NCBI GenBank assembly: GCA_036172245.1
Contig: JAYWIR010000049.1
Coordinates: 806,001 to 870,000 of the forward strand
Reading direction: 5' to 3'
Length of the DNA: 64,000 bases
Origin: Raillietiella orientalis
Lineage: Eukaryota
The notes under the pieces were generated by a model. That model made no database searches. It had not been told where the DNA came from and worked only from the letters and a program-made list of their open reading frames with translations. The translations under genes were made by a program, and so were the position numbers. Below are positions 39,101 through 50,423 of this stretch, in pieces. Within the stretch, counting starts at the first letter, position 1. Each line of letters begins with the position of its first letter.

Positions 39101-42041
39101 GAGTCGCTCACCAGGGACAACGCCGATCCTCATAAGCTGGAAAATATGGGAAGAGTCGTCAGGTCACATCCTCAACAGCTGCATGAACAGCCAGAGCACG
39201 ATGTCGCGAGGATCAGAGAAGAACCCAGCGAACCAGATTACGAAACCTGCTTGGAAACATTGGGAGATGATAAATTCCAATAAACCTATTCCTGGGATGA
39301 ACAGAAAGTTGTATCCGAACCAGGAGCTCCAGAGAAAAGTCAAAACACCTATATGGGAGGTGAAATGTCCCTGTACATACTTAGCAACGGAGCGAGAACA
39401 GACAAGACTTGAAAATGCATAGGAAGACAAAAGTACAAGAATGAAGACTGGTTTTTCGCTTTCGAAGGAGTACTCGTGACCATAAGGTCAATTCTCACAG
39501 GATCTGCGGGATCTTGGGATCCGACAGATGATGGAACACAGAGAGAAATAAACATTTGCAGGAAACAGGAAGGGTCCAGGAAACAGAATGTTCGAAGATT
39601 CAACACTTCCCAAATACGCATTCGCAACATCACATGGTTGCTCATGCCTGAGGACAAGCCGAAAGGGACAGGCAACGAGGGTAGTGAACACTCCTCCTTC
39701 ATCTATTTGTGCTCTTTTTCCTAACTGTGGACGTGAGCAACGCGATTCCGTATTAAAGTCAAATCACTTCATGTCATACTGCGCTTCAATAAAAGGAGGA
39801 GACCGCTGCCGCGATCGGTCACTGCAGCGGAATGTCCTGAGAAGATTTTTAGAAAACCAAGTCCTTGTTCGGGGCTTCAATTAGAGAAGCAGATTGTGTT
39901 AGAAAGTCGTGGATCGATCGATCGTGATGCGAATTCTGAATCTGAGAGAGGAGTAGGATGATCCTATGTTCGCATCATCTACCATTGGAGAAAGCGAGGA
40001 AGCGGGTCTTTTCGTACAACGAGATAAAAGGAGCTCCAGTTCGAGCAGTTGTTTGAAGCCGAAGTTCTTGAAGCGCAAAGGGTTCTGCAGTTCATTAGTG
40101 TGAAGCAGTTGTTGCCAAGATCTTCCAAACAGCAATCAAGAGGAGCTGGTCGTCGGAGATGGTAGGCAGAGAACATACAGGGGATGCCTGGTACCTCCTT
40201 CCTCCACTTTATCCCGAACTCATCCCTCGGAAGATAGTTTGTCTGCAATATCCACAAGAGCTCGAAAGTAATGATGGCAATAGTGAATCCTCCAGCAATA
40301 GAGGAATTCATTGTGGTCCTAGCAAGGATGCTGCTCATTGCGCATGACTAAGTTCTTGAATTGTCATTCTCGCCTCCCTCTGTCGGTTCTCGGAAGATTT
40401 GCGCCTGCGTGACACAAGCTTGCAGCAAGGAGGAACGCGATTGATCTCGGTTGAACGGCAATGATTTTATCGGGAGGCTGCCAAAAGGAAGGGATGGACT
40501 GATCTTCAGGGATCCTTCCACTTCCCTCAGGTTTGGTAGAGGAAGAAGCAGGGAGAGACTGCTTCCAAAGTGGAGGATCGCCCAGGATCTGGAGCATCTG
40601 AAGGCACGTGAGAAGTACGTAGGACGCTCATGACCAAGTCTGACAGCGCCTCCTTGTCCATCCTTCTTCTACACACAAGGAGGAGACGTGCGAAGCAGAC
40701 GCGATAGCCCGGTTCTGTATGGAGCTGTACAAATCGCTGCTTGGGGGATTGCCCGGAAGACCAGCAGACGATCATCCCTCCTTCCCCTCACTTCCTTATC
40801 AATCTGTGCTTGCAGGCTTGGGTGCTCTGGCGAAGAGCACCCTTTGTTTACTTTCCACCTTTCCCTTGTACCGTACGGGAAGCCTGGCTGTGAGGGAACT
40901 ACACACCTCAAACGCTTCTCCTGTTGGGTGTAGATGGCCAAGGAGGAGCACGTCCTGGAATCTCAAAGTTTCCTAGCAGATGGGACTCCCGGAGGCATTC
41001 GACCCAAGGTCGGAAAAGGCAGGGGTGGGATCGCGAGGGGAACTGGGGGTAGGGAGACTGAAAGGAAGAAGAAAATGAGGAAGTTGTCTCCAGAGCTTTC
41101 TCGAGCGCGGCTCTTGGGATCCCGCTTTCGTTGCTACAAGACTCCCATCTGAGCGCCAGCGAGGTCGGAGGATCTGATTCCTCGTTTGCCCATCCCCGAT
41201 TCCTCCGACGCTTTCCTAATTGCTCGCTTCGATCGGACGACAGGGGATTCGGGTCTTTCCCTCCTGATGCATGCTTTCTTGTCAGAAGACGCCCCCACGA
41301 GTCTGGAACTCCTGTGCTAGGTTGGAGCGGACCCAGTATCCAGTTTCTCCCTTCGTTTGACCTCCATCAGTCCCTAATGCTTTCCACAAGACTTCAAGAC
41401 CCTCAAGCCGTTTCTCTCTCCAATTTCTTCCCTTTCCCGAAGAGTGTACGCTTCTTCTGGACAATGGAGAACCTCTGCAACGCCCTGTCCACTCCGTCTG
41501 CCATGTGCCGAGGAAGAGGGTGATCGACAGAGTCGGAAGAGAGAGGAAAACGGCGAGGGACTCCCCTGGAAGGAAGGCAAGGTAAGACTGTGGAGCCAGA
41601 AGGAGCACGCCTCAAGAAGGCTCGGGTCATTGTTTGGTCTCTCCCCACTGGCGACTAAAGGAGAGACCTCACACCTCGTTCCCGGGGGAGAAAGTCGCTC
41701 AAAATCCAAGGACACGATCTCGATGGGCGGAACGTGACGATAAAGGACACTCCAGAATTCTCGCCGCCTTTTCGAAGCCCTATCCGTATGGGTAGACTGG
41801 AAGGCGGACCGAACCTGTGCTCGTCCCGGTGGGACACTCCTCGTGCTCTTCCAGCTGAGCTCGGGAGTCCTTCCTTCCCTCCAATACGAAAATCCCCTCC
41901 CTGTCTACAGAGAGGCTACCCGGAGCTGAAGAGACCAAGCCCGGAAGCGGGGCTCTGGTAAAAGAGCAAAAACAGCAGGAAGATCCCGTACTCAAGTGTT
42001 TTATTCCCATGGGTATCTTGGAGGCGCCTTGCGCGAGAGCG

Positions 42042-45000
42042 TCACTTGCTGCCATCGCCATCGCAGCAGAGGCAATTCATGCACTCCTCTTCTTCACAGC
42101 TGAGGGCGCAGACTCCGCTGCTGTCGTCGTCGAAGAACTCGGGCTGCAGGGTGACCTTGCAGTTCCCCAGGAACTCAGTGAAGAAGCCCTCCAGCGGGCT
42201 GATGCACTCCAGGTAGTCCTGAAAGATGGGATGACGAGTTGGAGGAGAGACTCGGGAAGGACACCGAATCGGCATTTTTCCGGAGGCTTGGGGTCCCGGA
42301 TCGTTCTTTGGCAAAGACGGAAGGTTCCATCGGTCCTTGCAGGGTGCCCGCCCAGCCGAGCGGAGCACCCTACGCGACGCGCCTACGGATATGACGTCTC
42401 GCGTTCGGCCGTTATCCTCCTCACCCGAGGGAACTTTCCCCCGATACCTTGTCTTTGTGCACCACATCCTTTCTGCCATAACCAGAGCTGGCACAACTCT
42501 TCGGCTTCTCACGTCAACTCTGCTGAAACCGTAGACGACCTTCAAGTCTCTGCCTTCCTCTCCCTCCCTCCCTCCTCCTTCTCACTTCAATCCGCCGTAC
42601 TCACCCCCAGCGAACCCCAATCGCCGGGGGCGCCGACTCGGAGAGGCTGGGAGATTGCGAAGCCGAGGAGCGCTCGCGAGCGCGTTCGAAGGAGGGTCCT
42701 TCGGGTCTGCTCGAGGGGCCGACGCCATAGCTTTTCTCTCCGTTCACCATCCCGAAGAGGAGAGCAGCTTCTAGCCCTTAGCAAAAAATTAACACTCTGG
42801 ACACGCCAGCAAGCGACTCTCGAGAGGGGAGGATCCTTTCGGTGAACAAAAGGGTGGATTTCAAGCTCTTCCAATGGACGACGTCCTTTGGGCCAACGAG
42901 AAAGCTGCTAGGGTGAAGTTCGCAAGCTCTAGCCTCCAGAGCCCACTGCAGTTTTTGCGATGCGATCATCCCTCCTGTCTCACCAAATCTATCCTTGTCC
43001 CATCCCTCTTCTAACTCTCCTCACCTCTCACTCCTACTTGGCTCATACATTGCGGCCCCTCGCAGTTTTCGTAGCCCCTCCTGCCATGCTCGTCTCGCCG
43101 CCCGGCGGGGAGGGTCGCCACGCGCGAGGCTGTTCTGCTCATTCTTTGGTGAGCACGCGAAGGGACGCACCGATTCTCGGAGTCGGCATACGCTCTTGCG
43201 CTACCACTGGCTACGTGGGTGGCGCTAATGGAGGCGGGCAGTGGATTCCTGAAACGTACCCTGAGAGAGCTATAGGCATTCCTGCGCCTGCAGGAGGACT
43301 GCGTTTGAAGCCATCATAAGACATTCGTTTCCACTCACTCCCAGGAGGAACGTTGTTGGAGAAGTTGTTGGGGCGGAGGCTGGCTACCGCGTTTCATCTC
43401 TGGATTCCCCTCTTTCCCAAGGATCTTGCACGGTCCGTGCCGTCCTCCTGATGGAGATCCTGTCAGCTTTAGGTGGCAGGATCTCCATCCCGGATCTGGA
43501 GGATCTCCGGCACAGTCCTTGACCACAGCCTTTCACGTCGCGGTCTCCATGGATGGACATCCCAGAGCTCACCTTTGCCCAAGACCTCGTCCTCTCTTCG
43601 TCTAGCCTCCTCTTCTGAAGCGATGCTCCTTCAGACTGGGGCCAGGGAAACTTCAGTGGTCGAGAGCAAAACGCATGTTTCGCAGCTGCAACTGCCTCGG
43701 CAGCCCAGAAGCTTCTTCCTTGCTGCTGAGGAAACCAGTTGCTGCCTCTCCCTGTCGCTCTTCTGCCCCTCTCTCCTCAGCATCGTCTTGCCACCTGCAG
43801 TTGCTAGAAGTACTTCGATGATTCCTCCTGGAGGCGGAGACTGAGCGGGGCGCATCATCCGTGAGGGAGTCTGACGCATCTTCCTGATGGCGTCGAGTTG
43901 CAGCTTTCAGACTCAGACTTGTACCCGCAGTACCGTCAGGAAAACGTGCGGAGGCTCTTAAACGTCGAATATATGGAGCGCCAACCGAGACCTCTCGTCA
44001 GCGATGACCGGCTTCTGCTTCATGGCCATGGAGCTTCCACTAGGCGCGAAAATGACCGAACGGAACCTTACAACAGCGCGCCGGAGGGACACAGCGTGAT
44101 ATTATGAGGATGCAGGCCGCGTTGCAATGAGAGATAGAAAGCGGTTCCTGGCGGCTCAGGATGCTGCCACGGGCACTGCCTGCGCTCGGGTCTGTAGTCC
44201 GTCCGGCGGTCTCCGCCGCGATTCGTGACGTGCAACTTCCTATCACCTGGGTACGTCTGGCGATGGTTGCTGCCGGATTTCTTGCTATATGCGTACGGAA
44301 GGTTATCCTCAACATCTACAACAGCCCCCCCCTGCCCTCTTAATGCCCCGAGGATACGAGGAGCGCCCATGGGCACTGCCAGGAAGAGCGTTGGTGGTCG
44401 TGTCCCTTCCCAGCTAGAGGGACATCGGCGCCGCGAGGAAAAGCTGGCCAAATGTTCCCAGAAAACAAAATAAGTGTGACCGTCGGACGGTGAGGGATAA
44501 GAAAAGGTGGATGTGTGAGCGAGGTCTTAGCGCCGAGCTCTTTAAGAGCCATGATATTTGGACTTCTCTTCCTCGGAGGAGGCAGGTGCTCTGTCGCAGG
44601 AGCCCCGCAATCTAGAAGGAACGCAGGATGCAGGGAAGGATGGACAACGAGCGCGCTCCGCTGGACTAGGCACGCACGCGCAAGCACAAGGTACCGTTCA
44701 GCGTAGCCGGGGTTGGTCGGTCGGCTGGCCTTCGCCAACCGACGAATATTCGCTGATAAGCCCAGGCCCGGACCTCCGCCGCTCCATCTGATCCTGATAC
44801 TTTCCACGCAGATTAAGGACTGCAGGAGACATGAGGAAGGGGTGCTTGGCACGTGGATGAGGAAAACCTGCCCGGAGCAGGTTAGTTCGGAAAGGAATCC
44901 GGGAGGCCCTCAGAGTTCGGTCCCAGTTTGGTGCAGAGTCAGGTGCCTCGAGTGAGGGAGGCGAAGGTCCAAGACCGCGGCATTCTCAATCAAGGGGACA

Positions 45001-47203
45001 TCCGGTTTTCCAGTTTCGACCAGTACCGGAACCGAAGCCTACGGGCCAACCAGAGTCATCCGCCGGAGCCGGGGAAGGAGGGAGGAGACTCGAAACCCAT
45101 GACGCACCCGTTTCTCGGCATCTATCCTTCTCTGGGTGGGGATTCGAACCCGCAACGCTTGGTGCCACTCGAGGCGACCTAGCCATATGGCCGCCAACGC
45201 GCGCCTGGGTTTCCTGGGTCTCGCTGGCCGCTCTCGGGAGAGGAGGTAGTGTCCATTGGTAGGAGCAGGGGGCAGACTTCGAGAGCGGATCGACCCTGGC
45301 GTTCGGTGATCCTCGCGTGCTCTTCGACATGACGCTGCCTCCACCGCTTGCTCGACCCGGACTGTTGCTGGCAACAGTACATTCTAGGAAGCAGCAGCCC
45401 CAGGCCGGCTACCGCAACTACCGCCGCCGCCGCCTCCACTGAAGGCGCCGTCGTCGTCTCAAGCTTCTGGCCGGCATTTCATCCGCGGAATCGTGCGCCA
45501 CGGTTGCTGCTGCAGGTTGCAGATGTGAGGGAAAGAAGAGGGAAAGAAAGCAAAGGAGGAGAAGAAAAACGCGAGAAAAAGGGAAACGGAGGTTTCGGTT
45601 CTGAAGAGGGTGGCACGGGGGAGGGGATCGGAAGGGGAGGAGGCGTAAATGAGGGATGTTCTTCCATTCCGACGGGGAAGGGTGGCAGGTGCAGCAGCAG
45701 GAGCACCCCATCCCTCTTCCCCACGACAAGGGGGATGACTCTGGACAGATCGTCCCGGTTCTTTCTGGAAACGGGGACCGGAGGGACTTTTCGTCGGACG
45801 AACAGCGACTCCACGAATCTTTGCTGCAGCAGACGGTGGACCAGCCGACCCCGAGCACCCTCTCCCATCCCTCCCCAGACACCCGGTAGGAGGAGTAAAG
45901 AGGAAAGTGTCGGTGAGCTGCCTACCTCCTTGCACCTGAAGACCACGTGAGCCGTGAGGATATGGGAATAGGGCGTCAGGCGCCAGAGGTGCACGTGGTG
46001 TGTGTTGCACACAGCAGGGAACGCTTCGCGTATCCTCGTCGTCATGGCGTCGATCTTTTCCAGGTTGATGGGTTCAGGAAGCGTTTGCAGCAGGATGAGG
46101 GCGGACTCCTGCACTGGGAAGTACGTGGTGTACGTGGAGGAGTGTACGGCCGGAATGGAACGGGAGGGGGCTATCCCTTAAGCGCATCCTCCACCTCCTG
46201 TGTTTGGAGCTTCCCTTTCCCGCAACCCCCATTACGTCCCATCCCCACTCACTGTAGGGAAAGCTGAGGACTTGAAGGAAGCACACGGACACCAGGGAGA
46301 GGATGGGGTCGATGAGGACGGCGGCGCTCCCAGACACGAACAACACCGACGTGCCGCAGGCCAGCACCAGGAGGCAACCTGTCCGAGAGAAATGGATAGG
46401 TTCGGAGTGTACGGGATGGGGACACACTGACTGATGATGTCCCTTAGATAGCATTTCAGCCGGATCGAAAGGGGCTGCGTGGTGCGCAACGAACAGGACT
46501 CCGGGAGTGCCGGAGGAACGGCTTCCTCAGTCTCCAGGGATACCGGGAGGAACAGGAAGTTGTGCTGGTGCATGCTGCAGCCTGGAAGGGAAGGGAAGAG
46601 AGGGGGGGGGGGTGCGTGCTGGTAACGATGGAACTCAGCTCCATTCGCTTCCCGGGAGAGGGGAGCCGGGGAGGGAGCGCCTGCACCGACCTCCGATCAG
46701 CATGAAACAGACGAGGTTGAAGGCCAGCCTCACGGAAGCCGTCAGAGTTATCAGTCCTGGGTTGTGGATGGCGTCGCGGTGGGACGCGTGCAGGATCGCC
46801 TGGATCGCCTGGATAGCGACTCCGAAGCACAGGGAGCTCAGCATGGTCAGGGAGGTCAGCGTGCCCAGGACCTCCACCCTGGCCCAGCCAAAGGTGTTCT
46901 CCAGGGACAGGGTCTCGCTGTTCATCTGAGGGGGAGGGCGGACGCGAAGTGGGGGAGAAGGAGGAGGAGGCCGGACGTGAGCGGGGGTGGGGTCGTGGCC
47001 GCCCCCGGCCCGCAGACCTTCAACGCGAGGATAGATCCGACCAGCGTCAGGATGTTGTACATCAGGTGGTAGGCGTCGACCAGCAGCGTCAGCGAATGGT
47101 TGATGTGGCCGATGGTGAGCTCGGCGAAACACAGGACGAGACTGAAGGCAGTGGTCAGGTACACCTTCTTGCGGGCGCCGGCGAGGAACTCTCCTCTTTC
47201 CAT
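42042..47203 (-). CDS. Cation diffusion facilitator SLC30/ZnT family transporter (ZnT1/ZnT10-related, resembles insect ZnT77C type), about 353 aa
   Basis: Phase-consistent exons 47203-47018, 46925-46691, 46581-46432, 46378-46253, 46113-45926, 42218-42042. Motifs HSLTLLVDAYHLMYN, NTFGWARVEVLG, IDPILS, PYMQESALILLQT, HHVHLWRL, TAHVVF, VTLQPEF and a Cys-rich tail CALSCEEEECMNCLCC; six hydrophobic segments. The start codon is uncertain because the frame stays open upstream to 47686. Confidence 0.9.
45130..45205 (-). mobile_element. Degenerate tRNA-derived Pol III head (SINE or tRNA pseudogene) in the last ZnT intron
   Basis: The minus strand reads GGCGCGCGTTGGCGGCCATATGG (A-box-like) ... GCGGGTTCGAATCCCC, with a perfect B-box GGTTCGAATCC at 45140-45150. 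The T-stem and acceptor stem do not pair properly, so it is not an intact tRNA. Confidence 0.4.
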
Positions 47204-50200
47204 GCTGCTGCTTCTGCGGCGGCGACGGCGGCGGGCGGCAGCAGCGCGCGGTGGTTTCTCCTCCTCCAGGGAATGCGCTGCGACACTCGCGACCTGTGCG
47301 CACGAGGCCCTCTGCGCGTTGCGAGGGGGGAGAGAGACACACACACACACACAGGAAGGAGCACTCTCCCACCGGGAGACGACGGGTCCGCTGATTGCTG
47401 CTGCTGCTGCTGCTTTTCCTCCTCTGCCTCTCCCTCTGCCGCCGCCGCCGCCGTCGCCGCCGCCGCCTCCTCCTGGAAGAGGCTGACGCTTCGCAGAGAC
47501 ACCGAGCCGCGGGTCAGGCCGAACCACAGGGGGCAAGAACCGAGCACAAGAGGGGGAGCACCTGGACGGAAGAGAGGTCCGCGAGAACAGCCTAGAAAAC
47601 GAGAGGGGATGGCAGTCACCACGGAGTGCTTCCCCTCCCTCCCTCCACCCCTCTCCCCCATCCAGTCTGCCTGAGAACACATGCAAGCGAACGAGCGCGG
47701 AAGAGACACCTGCAATCGAGAGATAAGTGAGGAGATAACAGGAGCAGTCGGAGCAGCAGCACTAGATTCTCCCCCTCTCCTCCTTCCCTTCCTTTCCCTC
47801 CTCTTGGAGGAAAACACGTGCAGAAAGGCGGACAGATTGCAGAGGAGGGAGCGAGAGCTGGCACTGCTGTCATCTGGCGGGCATTTTTCGAACGAGGGAG
47901 GCTTCATTTTTTTGCTTGGTCCTATCGGTTTCTCCTCCCGGATTTCCGATGTCGCTCCCCCTGTCTTCTCAGGAAGGTATCTCGGAGCCTTCGGTAACAC
48001 CAACAGAACCTGTTTCAAGTTCTCCCCTCGCCCCACATTCTGCGTTCGTAGCCGCCTCCTCCCGAAAGCGCCAGCGCAGGAGGTCCTCTTTGTCTCCAAG
48101 GACGAGACCAGGGCCTTCCCGAAAGCTCAGGCCGCAACCGGAAGCTCTCTCCAGCGCCCGGAGGGAGACAGGAGTCCCAAAACTTCTGGCATAGAAGATC
48201 GAAGCCCTCAGGTGTTCTCTCGCTCCCTGGCCACTGCAGGCGTCCAAATGGTTTGGGGAATAAGGAGGGAGCAGCAGGCCACTCCGTCGCGCCACGGCAA
48301 AAGCGGGGTCTTTTAGCCACTATTGAGCTCCCAAAAGGTAACAAAAGTTGGAGCGAAGGAACTAAACGGAAACCACCACTTCCCGGTCATCGAGGGACGC
48401 CGATCGCGTGCAGCACGAGTCGTCTGCTGGGGAAATGAAAGTGGATGCGCGTGTGGTTGCTGCCGTCCCTGGAGCAACGAATCGCCAGTGCCTTGCAGAT
48501 GTACCCAGGACGGTGTCTGTCCATCCCTTGGGAAGGAAGAAGGATACCAAGCGGAATGCAGGGCAGGGACGCTCGCTCAATCCGCTTAAGGATGATTTCG
48601 CGTTCCGGTTGATGCCCGGGTCAGAAATGGCGAGGAGAAAGACTGGTGGGAACATCTTAGATGGCCCTTGTCCAGAGTCCAAGTCTTTTTCAACCTTTAT
48701 CAGACTGCTCCATAGGAATACCAGGAGAGACCTACCACAAAAACACACTGGGCATCACCAGCGTTTCTTCTTCTTGGTCCAGATCTTCCATTTTTCTTCA
48801 GAGGCTCGTCCCGCCCTTGCTTACTGTCGCCGAAAGCGAGAGAGCTCCTTCCTCCGGCCTGTTCCTGAAGGTCTTTCCCTCCCCTTCTCTTTTGGTTTCC
48901 AAATTGGTGAGGAGGTGGAAGAGCAGCAGCCACAAGTCTCACTGCTGAGGCCACATTCAATCCTTTGGAAGAACCTCAGTCAAGTCGAGGAAGGAAGAAC
49001 TCGAACAAGCCAGTGTGGTATCACTCCCATGGAGCAGAAGGCGCAATTCTTGGGATATGAATGCTGCGTCGGCAGCAGTGTGCTGGATGCTGCTGAGTCC
49101 GGATCCGGGCGAGCTGACGTCTATTTCGTTGCCGCAACTCTTCGACGCCCTCGCAGCTTCAAGCATCCTGTTCAGGAGCCTGCCCATCGGACTTGCAGGT
49201 GACTGCGAGGCTCGCGACGCTGTCCGAGTCGAAAGTGGTGTCCCCAAATCCTGTTCCCCCACCTCCTCCGCGTTCCGGAAATGCTGACCTCCTTACATTG
49301 CGACTTCAGGACGAGCATTCCTCTTCTGCTGGGTGCGCGCGCATGTAGCCCTCACTCTGTGAGAAGCTACCTCTCTGCAGATGCGGGTTTAGAGCGAAAC
49401 AGGCCGGTAGAGGGTGGGGAGACTTCCTTCTCGTCACAACATCTGTCAGACGCGCGCCGCAGCCGCCATTTTGGGCGGCCACCGCCACATCGAGCTGGCT
49501 GAACTTCCCGCGATCATGGCTTCCGAACCTGCTTGAATTTTTTTCTTGCCGTTGCAACCCACTCTTCCACCAGGAACAGACGCATCCGCCGTTGGAACTT
49601 TTTTGTCGCCCCTTTCGTGGGCCTGCCACAGAAGCATCCTTGCTCCTTCCTTCCCTGCAGGCGGAAGGGAAGGCAGTGGAAAAGTAGCAAAGAGGGCTTG
49701 CGAAACGCAGTGCGGAAACTACGAGCTCGAGCTTGCCAGACGGGAAGGAAGAATCGAGGGTGACCTTCGCTGCTTCCCTCAGTGACATGTGACATCGAAG
49801 CGAACCCTCTAGACAGCTCCAGATAAGCAGTGCATTAACGAAGCACGGCAAGCAAGCAGGCAGGAAACCGTGGAAACCCAGACATTTTCCCAGCGGCGTG
49901 CTCCTACCAAGATGTATTGCTCAAGGCGTCCGGAAGCTGCGGGCTTGCAATTCTGAGCAATTTTATCTGCATTATTCCCTGCTCATTGACTGGAGTCTCT
50001 GACCTGTCCCCAGGGTGCGTGCTGGAGATGAGACAGGACCGCGATATTCAGATTGATCGTACCGTGACAAATCCATCCCGAAGGAGATCATTGGACGGCA
50101 CCCAAGGTTCCTTACTACAAGGAAGCGGAGCATGAGCAAGGTCTGCACCGTCTCCGCTTTTGTTCTTCTGCTACTTCCGTTTTAGGGTTCTGCCCCCCGC

Positions 50201-50423
50201 GCGCATTCAGCTCGAGGAACTGACCCACGGATAGAGCCCGAAGTATGGGTGTTAAGAGTACTACCAAAGGATGCAGAAATGCAAAGCGAGGTAGACGAGA
50301 ACGTTAAAGAAGGAGAGGGTGAAATTCGAGAAACGCAGACCGCGGTAACTGCGACCCAGGGTCGTCGGGTGGAGGAATCGCGACTGCGCCCACAACCACA
50401 CGTCGAAAGCAAGACCTACTCAC

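Noticed and set aside
39164..39430. Hydrophobic minus-strand ORF faintly like the ceramide glucosyltransferase C-terminus (EFIISQCFQAG...DIVLWLFM)
   Set aside because: No flanking exons or catalytic motifs found; likely chance.
47204..47686. In-frame N-terminal extension of the ZnT ORF (poly-Gly/Ala/Arg)
   Set aside because: Runs through microsatellites ((CA)n, (GCC)n, (CTG)n) and intron-like pyrimidine tracts; more likely UTR or intron.
41000..50000. Dozens of overlapping 100-300 aa ORFs, e.g. 42009-42845, 47155-48099, 48408-49202
   Set aside because: High GC makes stop codons rare, and no family motifs were seen other than the ZnT exons.
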